From the NCBI GenBank assembly GCA_032718475.1, contig JAUCBJ010000669.1:1-37234 (forward strand): a stretch of 37,234 nt of DNA, written 5' to 3'. The position numbers and the translations under genes are program-made. The stretch's first letter is position 1. Each line of letters starts with the position of its first letter. The DNA comes from Nemertoderma westbladi (Eukaryota; Animalia; Xenacoelomorpha). Positions 21,457-33,100 of this stretch are shown here, one piece after another. The notes beneath the pieces were generated by a model, which was not told the DNA's origin, did not search any database, and saw only the letters and a list, made by a program, of their open reading frames with translations.

Positions 21457-21878
21457 TGAAGAAAAAGGTCACCATGATACCCATTAGTGAACCCACTGAT
21501 GGAGATGAGTACCTCCGTCAAACCTGGCGTATAATGCAACTTCTAACAAAGCGCTTCTCAATTCACTTCGAGAAACATTATTTGCCAAGTATTCATTTAC
21601 GCACTAAGTGGTTTGCAGAACAGAGGAATGCACAAGTTGGAGACATGGTACTTCTGGTTGACGACAATCTTCCTCGCAAGTATTGGACTACTGGTCGCAT
21701 TACAAAGGTAATTCTAGGTAAAGATGGAAGGGTGCGTGAAGTAGAAGTTCTTTCTGACCAGGGACAGCACCTCAACAGAGCTATTGGTAGATTATGTCTA
21801 TTGGAACGAGCCCGTGAGCCCTCTGGGAACTATGGACAACAACCAAATAAACCTGAAATTATCGAATATACTCAATAA
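21453..21878 (+). CDS. Integrase C-terminal domain (DUF5641-like), split off by a 1-nt frameshift
   Basis: RTKWFAEQRNAQVGDMVLLVDDNLPRKYWTTGRITKVILGKDGRVREVEV is the typical BEL C-terminus. Adding 1 nt near 21444 restores LTPAHFMM. Confidence 0.9.
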   Translation: MMKKKVTMIPISEPTDGDEYLRQTWRIMQLLTKRFSIHFEKHYLPSIHLRTKWFAEQRNAQVGDMVLLVDDNLPRKYWTTGRITKVILGKDGRVREVEVLSDQGQHLNRAIGRLCLLERAREPSGNYGQQPNKPEIIEYTQ

Positions 21879-23789
21879 GATGAAGACAACATATACAGAA
21901 TGGCACAGATTACCATACTATAGTAGCTACTGGTGTATTCATTCCTTTATAGCATAATTGTAAAGTACGCCGCATACAATACAATTCAATCCATAATGCA
22001 TTATTCTTTACAGACTGTTGTTACAGACTTATTAGGTCTCCTAGATGTTCTTATTAGGCCTCCTAGATACACTAGTATTTATATTACATATGCACTTGTA
22101 TTGATTCTCGGGATTTGTATATATTTATGTCTGTGTATAAAAATGTACTCAATTGTACTGATTGTATAATTCAGTTATATCATTTATATGTATGTTTGTA
22201 TCCGTGAGCCTGGTATGTATGATAAAGAGCCAGTATGTGTGGGCATGCGCAGCCAGTTGTATGACGGCTCTTGTGTATTAGTGGATGATAATTGAACATT
22301 TCAGTAAATAGTATATGTAATATATGTACAAGACAGCTAAGCCTATTTCGTGTTTAGATAGATAATTAAATCACAAAATATCAAAGTATGAGGCTAAAGT
22401 TGTCACGGGAGCGGAGGAAATTAATATTTCGGTACGACCGGATGCAACTTTGTGTATGGATAGATCATAAGTGATTTATTGAGTTTTTATCACTTCCTTC
22501 TTGCTAGTTAGAATGCTGTGATAACTAATTAAAAATTATATTCAAGACCCGGCTCTATATAAAATTACAATAATCGGACATTTCCAGATCTGAATGAATG
22601 ACGCGATACTCTAACTACGCTCGATCTCTAGAATATTTACCCTCATTATTCGTTATTCATTACTCAATTATATGAATATTCATTATTCATATAAATTGCC
22701 AATTGCTTGTTTTTATATACTTTTTTATATACAACTGTAAATATTCTTGAAATCACAAAAGACAGAGACAGCAATTAAATCCAGTACCGTATATTGTATG
22801 AATGTGATGTAATGGAGTGGCGCATGTATTGTATATACATATATCTCATATATATATCTTCTAACTATGAGTGTTACAGTAGAAACTGGTGAATAAGGGG
22901 TTTGGGAATGGGTGGTCTGGCATAAGCCTTGCGGTATGCCCCTCTAAAGTACCAAGTTAACCCCGAAGAATGTATTTACGTTGCAGAATGTTCGGTGATA
23001 CCTGCTCGCCCAGTGTGGGGCAACATGTCATGGTGATTGTTACACACTCCATAGTGTGCCTCCAACGAGTGGGACCTGGTGGGCTTCTCTGGTTCAAAGA
23101 TAAATTGGGGGCTTGTCCGGGAGTTGACTGATGTATACCTAGTTGACTGATGTATCGCAGCTCGATCAACCGGAACAAACTAGTACTGGGAAAAATCCGT
23201 TCGTCGCTCCGAATGTACTGATTTCGCGAGAATATCGACAGGACTACAACTCTCACAACTTTGATCGCATCTGCCACGTTGTTCTCGCAATTGCGACCAT
23301 GATGGTTTAACCAATATTCAACAATGATCTAGGTAGCTTTATTATTTAGTATATATATTATATATGTATTGTTATGCAGTATATGTAATGTACTTATTGG
23401 GAGTGCTTCATTATGATTGTATATTAACTTTGGTTATGTAATAGTATTTTATGTTATACTTTATTATGTAGTTGATTACAGATGTATGTAACTGAAATTT
23501 AAATAGTTTGGAGCAATGACTGATTTAAGTTTGATGTTGATCTTTATTGTATTTAAATTGCTCAAAAATTATTATCAATTTCGTACAATCTGTCCAGTAT
23601 ACATTATGATATCTTAATGGAAATATTTTAACCTATACATGCAAGCAAGTAATGAACTAGTAAAATTTGCAACAATGTGCGATTTATATTTATAGGCGAC
23701 TTACTATTGTTTCATTCTTTGAAAGAGTTTGTGTTTTGAGAAAATTGTAGTATTTTATATGTTTTTGGGACATGCCACACAAACCCTTT

Positions 23790-23797
23790 GGGGGCGG
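23790..23797 (+). promoter_or_regulatory. Polypurine tract
   Basis: GGGGGCGG immediately 5' of the 3' LTR TGT. Confidence 0.8.
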
Positions 23798-24741
23798 TGT
23801 TGGTGAAACTCGCCTATATTTAGTTTATCTGTTATAGGCCCTATTCAGTATCTTAAATATCTTTATAAGCTCTCATTAGTTTATATTACCTAGCCTGATT
23901 TCACCAAATGATTATGTTCCCCTATTACGGTGCAGTGAATTCATTACTATTATTATTAATAACTTGATATATTCTGCCGTCCTAAGGCAAATCCATGAGG
24001 GCCATATTGGTGGTTGGTTAGGTTATTGAAACGTAATTTATATTGTGCGCTTTCTTTCTTTCTCATATTCTGCTTATTGTAGAAGATTCAGCTGTAACAA
24101 CCATATGGCAGTTAATGAGATTTACAGCTTTCTGACGCTGTGATTGGTTGAATTTCTAGGGCAATCGCAGCTGCTGTACTTGTGTATAGGACATACCTAT
24201 TTGTTATGTGGTATATAAGGCCTTGGTTTAATATTGAGCGGTGATTATTAATTTATCCCTCACCGTAACGCGATAGAGTTGCTATAGGAAAGCAATAAAA
24301 TTAAGTTCAAATAGTGCTAAATTTAATAGTTATGTATGCAGTATTTATAAATCATTAATTATTAACTATATAATAAGTTTGATATATACGGTATATACTG
24401 TAATCTGCATTGAAAGTAATATATGAAGAAAGATATAACACAAGACGTTGTTCAACGATTAAAGGGAAACAAGGGGAGCTATTTGCCGCACACGGTGAGT
24501 GTCAAGCCATTTGTTCTCTGCCCTTTATTGCCAGTGCACTGTGTGTGATTGACAGCCCTTTGTGTCCGATAGTTGTCCGGTTCAATTATATTCCGGGCAC
24601 CATAATCTACACATACACTTCATATATTCATTAAGCCTATTAAAGTACTAATTAATTAGCGTATTGCAACTCAACGTAAAAATACCATCGCTCCGTGACA
24701 AATATCGCGTTGTGAGTTAGAAAAAGTCAGCGGCGCGAACA
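23798..24741 (+). repeat. 3' LTR (944 bp)
   Basis: TGTTGGTGAA...GCGCGAACA, followed by TSD AATCT. Confidence 0.97.
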
Positions 24742-24957
24742 AATCTTGACGACGAGTCCTGTGTTACTCGCTCTTCCATGTACCATATTGGAGGCTGCTC
24801 ACTTACTTATAGGAGAGGCCTGTTGAGGTGGTTGGAATGCATATAAATGCTACCAAGGCGGAATTATTGACATTTAATGTTAACTTTTGTTGGGATGGGC
24901 CCAGTGAGATCGGCCCACAACAACTGTAGGGCCGTAAGCTGACAGTATCTGACAGAG

Positions 24958-25923
24958 TATTTCCTTAGAAACTTATTTTATGCTACTTTTGTTAGGTGGA
25001 TATGATGACTATGTAGGATGCATGGAAATGTAATAAAATGTCTCTCTGGAATTTTTATCTTGTATGTTGCCAAGGTAACCGGGTGCAAAGTTCAAACTTT
25101 GCGGGCCTGTATTTCAAGGCGACAATGGATTCTTCCCTTGAGATTTGGTATATGAGTAAAGGGAATAAAAGTCTTTCAAAATATTTTACATTTGAATTTG
25201 TTTACATTCCCGTTGCCATGGAAATAAGTAGAATGAACAATTTTAATAATTGTCTACTAATTCTATAAAACACCATTTTTATTCGGTTTGTCAGTCTAAA
25301 TAATAAGTTAAAATTGCCAACATTTTATTTTATAATTCGTCAATTGTGAATCATATTTATAAAAGTCAATATTTGCAAATAAACTAAACTGTCCAATCAG
25401 AGAGCAAGACCTGTTATAGCATGATTTTGACATTCCAGAATATTAAATTTCGGTTAGCAATTATGAGAAATAAAGGACAGCCACCAGGCATGTTTGTTGA
25501 AAATTATATAAGTAGTAAATAGTAGCCGAATTTCAATCTGGCGGTCATAATGGGGAATTATCGTAATTCCCGTCACCATAGAAACGGGATTGAAAAATAA
25601 ATTAAATGTAAAATAATTTGATAGACTTTTATTCCCTTTACTCATATACCAAATCTCAAGAACAGAATCCCTTGTCGTTTTGAATTGCAGGCGCTCGAAA
25701 TTTGAACTTTGACCCGTTTACCTTGGCAACTACAAGATAAAAATTCCAGAAAGACATTTTATTACATTGCTATGAATCCTAGTCATCATATCCACCTAAC
25801 CAAAGTTGCATAAGAGAGGTTTCTAAGAAAATATTATGAAAATAGTGTCATAAATAGGGAAACGATCGGCCTCCGTTAATTTCAGGAATCTGCTCGCTGC
25901 ATGACCTGTTATTTAGTACACCT
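24958..25923. mobile_element. Older fold-back MITE, left end truncated
   Basis: Diverged inverted arms ~24958-25222 and ~25577-25833. Absent from duplicate copy 1. The right end ...AGTACACC|TTGA is Kolobok-like but uncertain. Confidence 0.7.
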
Positions 25924-26634
25924 TGATTTAAGGTCATGGTTTACAATACGTATAAATAATATTTAAATTGCCACTTTAAATTTCATTTAAGGCGCAGGTT
26001 GCAGGTTAGAAAAGGAGCAGGTTACAGAGGCGTTTTGAGAGAACCAAAACAATAATTGAAAGTTACCACACATGTGTTTGGTATAGGTCTTTATTCTTTG
26101 GTCTTGGTTTTGTACTCACCCTACCCATGTACTCACACTACTCACCCCTACCCATGCCCCCTCCAACAGCCCACACCATCACAGCCTGGCCCCATCTCTA
26201 ATGTACACAACATCCCATACTGACCTCGAATTATACATGAGCATCCGCAATCCTTCAGAACCTACTAACCCAAACTTGAGTAATCTTAATAATCAACCAA
26301 CCAGCTGTAATTCATATAATATTAACAACTGCCCTTCCCATCTTCATTCTTCAATACAAGGATGACCTTTAATCACCCACCAATACTTGCTATTGAGGCA
26401 CCCCGAGTGTCGAGCCATCCACTAATATCTCCCTTAGTGGAATCGGGATTAGAGGTTGATCATCCCCTCTGGAGCCACACCAAACTCCTTATTTTAATTA
26501 AACTGTTCTTTTGTTATCATCTAAAATTATATTTTGTAAATATTACTGTTAATCTTCTGTCTCTTACGTTAGCTACGATTGCCTAGTTTTATTAGCTAAC
26601 TAAATCCTATACAAATTATAATTATTATTTTTAG

Positions 26635-26879
26635 CGCCTTTTAAGCTGCCAAATTATCCGTCATGTCCTATTAAGATTCCTGGGGAAGATCACCGGTACA
26701 AGTGTCCGGTTCAGTGGTGTGATCGTCGATACTCACGATCCGATGGACTCATCCAACATTATCGAAAACATTGGAGATATAAAGAATACGAATGTCATAT
26801 CTGCAAGAAGGATTTCAGTTATTTAAATTATTTACGCAGACATGTACTCAGTCAACACACAGGCGAAAAACAATTCCAG
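26635..26879 (+). CDS. EGR-like C2H2 exon (fingers 1-2), copy 2
   Basis: Same 245-bp exon and splice sites as 5128-5372. Confidence 0.85.
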
Positions 26880-27349
26880 GTTAGAAAATAAAGTTTTATC
26901 TTATTCTAAAACACTTCTAAAATTTAAACTAAAAGTGAAATATCATAATATAAAATCTCAAATATTTCTATCATATTTTTCTGACAATGTGTTGCTGTAT
27001 GACTAAATACTGAGACTAAATTGTCAGTAAATAAATTATAAATTGTCTCTTTCCTTCATTTTGCTTTATATATATGATCAGAATTTGAATGGTTTATTTG
27101 ATTTTATTAATATTATCACTGCTACATTTAATTATTTATGTGTTGTTCAATCTGTGTTGGCAGTGTGTGTCATGTACGACCAGCTTTGCGATATATAGAA
27201 CAACTTTAAAGGCATACTGGACAAGGAAAAAAAAACAACTTTGGAGAATCGCGAAGACTGGAAGGATCTCTGGAAGTCTGGGGTCTCTCGATATAGTAGT
27301 GGTAATATATAACTACTGTAATATATATTCCATGATATTATTGTTTTAG

Positions 27350-27817
27350 TGCGAAACATGTGGAGCTAAGTTTCTGTTATTTTCCGAGAAAAAACGACAT
27401 ATGATACTGGGCACATGTGAACAACCGGTATCCCTGCCAACAGCTGAACCATCACTATCCCTGCCAACAGCTTTCACATTAAGTTGTGGCGGTTTACACA
27501 GTCATTCCGGTACAAATAATGGATTAGGAGTGGGTGCTGGCAGTTTACAAAGTACCTCACGAATGGATGCAGGAGAGCAGCCATCATACAATTGTGATAC
27601 TTGTGGGGAGGGACTTTCAAGCCAAGGCGACCTAACGAGACACAAACGGATGATACATAGGGGAAAGAAGCCATCATACAATTGTGATACTTGTGGGAAG
27701 GGATTTTTAAGCCAAGGCCACCTAACGAGACACAAATGGAAGATACATACGGGAAATAAGCCATCATACAAATGTGAAATCGAGCATTCGTACTGCATTC
27801 AACCCAAGGCAGTGTAA
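27350..27817 (+). CDS. ZF last exon, copy 2
   Basis: As 5846-6313, with a few substitutions (for example SQGDLTRH versus SQGHLTRH). Confidence 0.8.
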   Translation, partial: CETCGAKFLLFSEKKRHMILGTCEQPVSLPTAEPSLSLPTAFTLSCGGLHSHSGTNNGLGVGAGSLQSTSRMDAGEQPSYNCDTCGEGLSSQGDLTRHKRMIHRGKKPSYNCDTCGKGFLSQGHLTRHKWKIHTGNKPSYKCEIEHSYCIQPKAV

Positions 27818-28195
27818 GGAGGCACCAACTAACACATACAAAGAGAAGTTATACTTTTAGCAATCAAAGTAGTATTATGTATAATAATTAATTAAAATAA
27901 GTTGTTATACTTCCAGCCAGTACAGCAGTATTGAAGCAGTATTGTTTTATGCATATAACTCCGTAGCCAGATAAATGTATCCAAAATTAATTTACAACAT
28001 TAATAAATTAAATTACCTTGTTAATGCGTCGAAAAAATCAATATAAATTTATTTTGCGGCTATATATACGTACATCACTTTAACAAGGGCCAATGCAAGG
28101 GTCCAGAATTCCACAAAATTTCTTTATCTAAACGTTATCTAAAATCGCTATCTAAATCGTTAGCTAAATCGTCATCTAAACAATGGGACGAGTTA

Positions 28196-28455
28196 TCCCA
28201 GATAGCATTTTGGATATCAGTCATTGATATCCAAAATGCCCAAATTGATATCCAAATATGTCACTGACAGTGACATATTGCCAGGACATCCTCACTGCGA
28301 TGTTCCATGATGTCCAAATGTGAGTCCCCAGGACATCCCAGAGATATTCCCATATTTATATTTGAGGATATAACCGAGACATCCCCAGGAAGTCCCTGAC
28401 ATTGTTATATGAGGTTATACAACAATATAACCTTTTCATCATGTTCCACTGGAGA
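28196..28455. mobile_element. CCCAGATAGCA putative MITE, copy 2
   Basis: Homologous to 764-1023. Confidence 0.5.
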
Positions 28456-28614
28456 GAAATGGGTGATTCGGCGGAACTTGGCCTACTACAAAATCTGGGA
28501 AGTTGAGATGTAGGCCGATATAGTAAATCAAGTTTCTATCAAAAAGTAAATACATAAAAATTGTTGCCTTCGGGTCCCAAACCATATCGGGTCCCCTATC
28601 CTTCAGCAAATTAA

Positions 28615-30499
28615 CACTAGAACAGCTGAGATTTCGGTAAACCTAGAAAGGCTATGACGGTCAAATTTGACCGGTTCTAAAATTCATTGTCAATGTACAG
28701 TTTAGTAAAAATTTATTTACTACTGTACATTGTAGTTACATTTTAGTGTTATGTTATATTATTATATTATATTATATTTTATTATAATAATAATTTATAT
28801 ATAATATAATAAAATATAGTAATATAACAGAAAATTCACCTATAGGAATTTATTTATTTATTGTAGCACAAAAAAAGTTAATTTATGAACACTGCACACA
28901 TACGGCTTTAGCAAATTTTTCAATTTCAATTAGACAGGTGGTATTTAGGCATAGAACATTTCAAGCATATAATATTGGTTTTGTTATTACACCCGGATGT
29001 CCGACATTCACGCCGCTTCTTGGTAATTTGTACAACGTTGTTAAGTGGTGAAATAACAGTTTCTAGATTTGAATTATCTCTGTATGTATCTTTGTGTGTA
29101 TGTATGGCTCCTTCAAACAATCGACCAACACAAATATGAAATTACGTCTTGACATCTTAGCATTAGTAACGTTATTATAAACAAGATGGGCGTTAATTAG
29201 ACAAATATCAAGTATGTTGCCCCAGACAGCCATTGGCCATCATCTCATGGCACATTTAGTAGTATAGAGCCGGGACATCTGATCAAAAATGTTCCCTCCA
29301 CATTTTTGAGAGTTATAATACATGATAATTTCTGGTTTTTTCTTTTCTGTGGCTGTGACAGTTGGAGCTTCATGAAAAGTAGATAGAAGCAATACGTTTT
29401 TGTTTAGTTTTCGTCGATAAGAGACAACAACTGATGTACTATCAGGATCATGAAAGAAAGTACTATCGAAGACATTTCCTCCACTACAATCGAGCATCTT
29501 GGGCAGAGTTCTCTCCGTTTTTTATGCATTGTACCAACTATAGATGTTTTCTTATCATACAACCTCTTATCTAGTTGGAGTGACGTGAAAAAATTATCTG
29601 TTGTCAGATTATATCCTCTGTTGAGGTGATCTGCCATTAGTCGCATAACTACATCTTACCCCAATAGACCATCACGGGTTTCTGATTCTTGTTATCCCAG
29701 ATATGGCAATATTCTAACGACGTATTTAGATTCTAGATCAACCAAAACCCAAAATTTGATGCCATATTTATCCGGTTTATTAGGCATAAATGTTATTAGA
29801 TTACACCTCCCCTTGAAGTGTAATAATTGTTCATCAATCGTTAGTGAATATTATGGGATATATTTGCTCAAACAGTTTTCCACAAACTTGTCGAACTCCT
29901 CTCTTATATGAGTGAACTTATCAGTAGCAAAATGACTCATTATTTTACTCTTATCATCAAACCGAAAACATCGTTTTATTAGGCGGAATCGGTCTCGCGA
30001 CATTGTATTTGGGAATATCTTGATTCCTACATCTTTATTCCATAGGGAATCTAGAGGAATGTGTTTACCATAAACTTCGCGAATATATTTTAAACCAATA
30101 TGTGCCTCTAGCTCAGTTACAGTGAATTGAAGGTCTATTTCCAAATTATCGTGCGCAAATTTATTTGTGTAATCCGTTATAAGTCTAAGAATCGGTTCAG
30201 ATATGAACTCTTTCCAAGCTGAATAAATATCAGTTATACGATTTCTCACATATGGTTTGGTTCCTATACGTTCGCTAAAAACATTTCTTGCTGGTCGACG
30301 ACCAGCAGTACTGGTATGTGGAGTTCCAGTTTCAAGATTAAACCAACGAGTCCCATCTTTACCCATCATTTCAGCCAGTTCAAAAAGGTCACCATCATCG
30401 GAACCGGAAATACCGGTACCGGTATCGTCTTCATCGAGATCAGAGCTATCATAACTTAGGTTGTCGGAATCAAAATTTCTAGTCTCTCCATCCGAACAT
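28615..30499 (-). mobile_element. Decayed piggyBac transposon (transposase pseudogene plus one end)
   Basis: MSRDRFRLIKRCFRFDD, TIDEQL, PNKPDKYGIKFW, TTDNFFTS, YNSQKCGGNIFDQM (third Asp changed to Asn), and a Cys-rich C-terminus. Multiple stops and frameshifts. TTAA|CACTAG end at 28611-28620 with a GGTCAAATTTGACC palindrome. Confidence 0.9.
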
Positions 30500-30816
30500 C
30501 CAATGCCATTGTACTTCATGGCAGTGTCTTCATGACAAATCCAATGTTCTTGGATGCAGATGATGTCGATGTTATATTCCATTGCCAGAGCGACCATGTC
30601 ACCCTGTTTGGTATGTGCTTTCAGCGTGCGTGCGTTCATTGTAGCAATCTTTAGTGTCTTTTTACATTTCAACAGGTTGGTTCTTCTTTCTTCTCGGTCT
30701 TCTGTTCCAGTAGCCAATTTATCGACCCCAGCCTGGTGTACCACTGGGGGACGCAGTCCTTGTTGACCCGGGCGACGACCGAGCCGGTATTTCTCCTGGA
30801 GGGTTCTCATACTCAT
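29851..30816 (-). CDS. Chimeric ORF: RTE-like AP-endonuclease N-terminus fused to piggyBac transposase N-half
   Basis: First ~106 aa contain LKIATMNARTL...IDIICIQEH (APE motifs I-II). The remainder is an acidic region plus GKDGTRW...MSRDRF of piggyBac. Confidence 0.75.
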   Translation of the reverse strand: MSMRTLQEKYRLGRRPGQQGLRPPVVHQAGVDKLATGTEDREERRTNLLKCKKTLKIATMNARTLKAHTKQGDMVALAMEYNIDIICIQEHWICHEDTAMKYNGIGCSDGETRNFDSDNLSYDSSDLDEDDTGTGISGSDDGDLFELAEMMGKDGTRWFNLETGTPHTSTAGRRPARNVFSERIGTKPYVRNRITDIYSAWKEFISEPILRLITDYTNKFAHDNLEIDLQFTVTELEAHIGLKYIREVYGKHIPLDSLWNKDVGIKIFPNTMSRDRFRLIKRCFRFDDKSKIMSHFATDKFTHIREEFDKFVENCLSKYIP

Positions 30817-31310
30817 ATCTTTCAGCTGTGGGAGTAAACCGCTTGTGGTCGCAACTCCTACAAGCGTCTTCGCAGTAGATCGCCGTTGGTTGATTACCTT
30901 CCGCCGACCTTGTCAGCATGTCTAGCCGTTGGTTGATTACCTTCCGCCTATCCATGGCCTACAGCCCTGCTGCCGACTGTAGGGGTCCTTTTGTTACACC
31001 CTGAACCAAGTGTGCCTCCTGGGTTAGGTTACCTAACACTGGTAGAGGAGCATCCAGTATAGACAGGGCGGGGCGTGTATAATCTCTAATGCAGATGCTT
31101 TGCCTTCAATGGTGCCCTAGGCGCTATAGCCCTCAATGACTTATTTAGATGATGGGGCTGAACCAACCCACTCTTGATCAACTAAATAATGAATAGGCTA
31201 TGCTTATCGGGCCTGCCCTACTGGGCTGGCAGCTACAGGTAGTACCACATTACTGCCATCGTGGTAGCAGGATCTGGGGACCTGACCTGAGCTCGCTCGA
31301 CCTAGTTGTA
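30500..31310 (-). mobile_element. 5' portion (UTR plus ORF start) of an RTE-like LINE
   Basis: APE start as above. GC-richer UTR with a ~24-bp direct repeat GCCGTTGGTTGATTACCTTCCGCC (~30882 and ~30925). The upstream boundary is approximate. Confidence 0.7.
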
Positions 31311-31679
31311 GTAATATATAACTTCTTATAACTATTAATTCTATAACTATAATATTCTTTATGTTAAAATGTATTCTGAATCTGATTAACACACTCTGAA
31401 GGCCATTCTCCCAAGTATAACTGAGATATTTAACGTTTCAAAACTACATATATGCCAGTTTTAAAACAACCTATATGCGACATAATTCCATTATTTTCAA
31501 ACACAATGTGTTTTTTTTAATTCAAATCACATAAGATCACCAATATGTCAAAACCCATTTAAATTTATTCAAAAACAAAATTTAAATCAAAAATGCCATT
31601 TTACAGGAAAAGTTAATTTTGCCATTTGGGTTGTTTGAAATTGAAAGGGACGATATATTCCATGATATTATTGTTTTAG

Positions 31680-32024
31680 TGTGAAACATGTGGGGCTAAG
31701 TTTCAGCGATGTTCCGACAAAAAACGACATTTCAAATTGCATTCGGAATACAAGCCAAAGAAAGAAGGTTCACCAGGAGGTTCCCTCCCCATGGATATGA
31801 TACCGGTCACATGTGAATTACCGGTATCCCAGCCAACAGCTGAACCACCACCACTATCCCTGCCAACAGCTTTCACATTGAGTACTGGCGGTTTACAAAG
31901 TAGTTTCGGTACAAATAATGGATTAGGAGTGTTGGCAGTTTACAAAGTACCTCACGAATAGTTACAGGAGAGCAGCCATCATACAATAGAGCATTCGTAC
32001 TTCATACAACCCAAGGCAGTGTAA
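31680..32024 (+). pseudogene. ZF last exon, copy 3 (intact EGR-like finger 3, extra fingers deleted)
   Basis: Acceptor at 31679, then CETCGAKFQRCSDKKRHFKLHSEYKPKKEG... A frameshift near 31930, and the 90-bp finger repeats are missing. Confidence 0.8.
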
Positions 32025-32655
32025 AGAGGCACCAACTAACACATACAAAAAGATCAACTACAAAAATGTGATAGTGACAGTCAGATTCGATAATAATCTT
32101 TTTCAGTAGAATCACAGGATATCTTCCATATCATACAACCTTATCTTAAATTATTATCATTCATGCATGCATGATAAATATTATTTGTGCTATTTGTTAT
32201 CTCTCTCTTCTGATATACATTAGTATGACCATGATAAACTACAGCAAATGAGTTTTTTATAACCTATGTAAATGTGGTTGTTTGTCCGTCTCTCTGTCGT
32301 ACTTATGACCAGACCATACCTTTTGAATATTCACTTAAACATTATCAACAATAAGTAATGTATTTGTAAGAATCGATTCATGATTCAAAGTGCTGTTCAG
32401 TGTTCACTATTGTCTCTACTGCACTATCTCGTTAGAAACTGACCGGTATTCAGTATAATGTTGTAACTGGAGTATTGATGTACTGCCTTATATACAATTA
32501 TTCTGGGCTGGTAAACCCTCTTCATTATTCGTCCTACTTCGCAGCTGATTACAATTATCTAAACGGCTAAGCATGGGAATAACGAAGTTGTACTTTCCTT
32601 TGAGTGATTAGTTGGCCTAAATATGATATCCCACTCCATAGTGAAATCTTCATCC

Positions 32656-32739
32656 GATCTGGTAGCTCAGTACACAGACCCGGCTGATGATAACCGGAAG
32701 TTTGAAACCTAGGTACCGGGTTCGAGCCCCAACAGGGTC
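32656..32739 (+). ncRNA. tRNA-derived Pol III cassette, unit 1 (not a functional tRNA)
   Basis: Acceptor-like GATCTGG/CAGGGTC, A-box-like TAGCTCAGT, B-box GGTTCGAGCCC, and a T5 terminator ~8 nt downstream. The 3' half resembles tRNA-Asn. Confidence 0.7.
32678..32721 (+). ncRNA. Minimal type-I hammerhead ribozyme motif, unit 1
   Basis: Stem I ACCCGG/CCGGGT; CUGAUGA (32684-32690); stem II AAC/GUU closed by U.U; GAAA (32704-32707); palindromic stem III ACCUAGGU; GUA cleavage triplet (32713-32715). Confidence 0.6.
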
Positions 32740-33016
32740 GGTTGATATTTTTCGCTATGGAGAGCATTATCATTGTATTATCTACGTTATATATTTAATT
32801 CACCGTCACTCACCCCACAACAATTCATTTATTATTATTAATTAACAGCCTGGGCCAGGCATACGGGGTTACAGTGGTTTCTACAACACTGTATCATAGT
32901 TATTCTTTGAGGCATGGTTGCCATTTCTGGCAGAGCACGGGAATAACGTTGTACTTTCCTTTGAGTGATTAGTTGGCCTATATATGATATCCCACTCCAT
33001 AGTGAAATCTTCATCC

Positions 33017-33100
33017 GATCTGGTAGCTCAGTACACACACCCGGCTGATGATAACCGGAAGTTTGAAACTTAGGTACCGGGATCGAGCCTCAACAGGGTC
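33017..33100 (+). ncRNA. tRNA-derived cassette with hammerhead motif, unit 2
   Basis: CCCGG CTGATGA (33045) TAACCGGAAGTTT GAAA CTTAGGTA CCGGG. The core is conserved, stem III has a C>U change that keeps a U-G wobble, and the B-box is mutated (GGATCGAGCC). Confidence 0.55.

Larger units (their letters stand above)
9658..24741 (+). mobile_element. Full-length BEL/Pao LTR retrotransposon
   Basis: TGT...ACA LTRs, 5-bp TSD AATCT (9653-9657 and 24742-24746), PPT before the 3' LTR, and gag-PR-RT-RH-IN order with three zinc knuckles. Confidence 0.97.
24809..27846 (+). repeat. Segmental duplication, copy 2
   Basis: Colinear with 4177-6342 apart from the MITE at ~24958-25923. Confidence 0.95.

Noticed and set aside
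31190-31310. HDV-like or twister ribozyme at the RTE 5' end
   Set aside because: GC-rich and structured, but I could not assemble the required pseudoknot pairings by eye; needs a covariance search.
32656-32739. Functional tRNA gene
   Set aside because: The D-loop GG is lost, the anticodon loop is enlarged and the T-stem is disrupted by an insertion.
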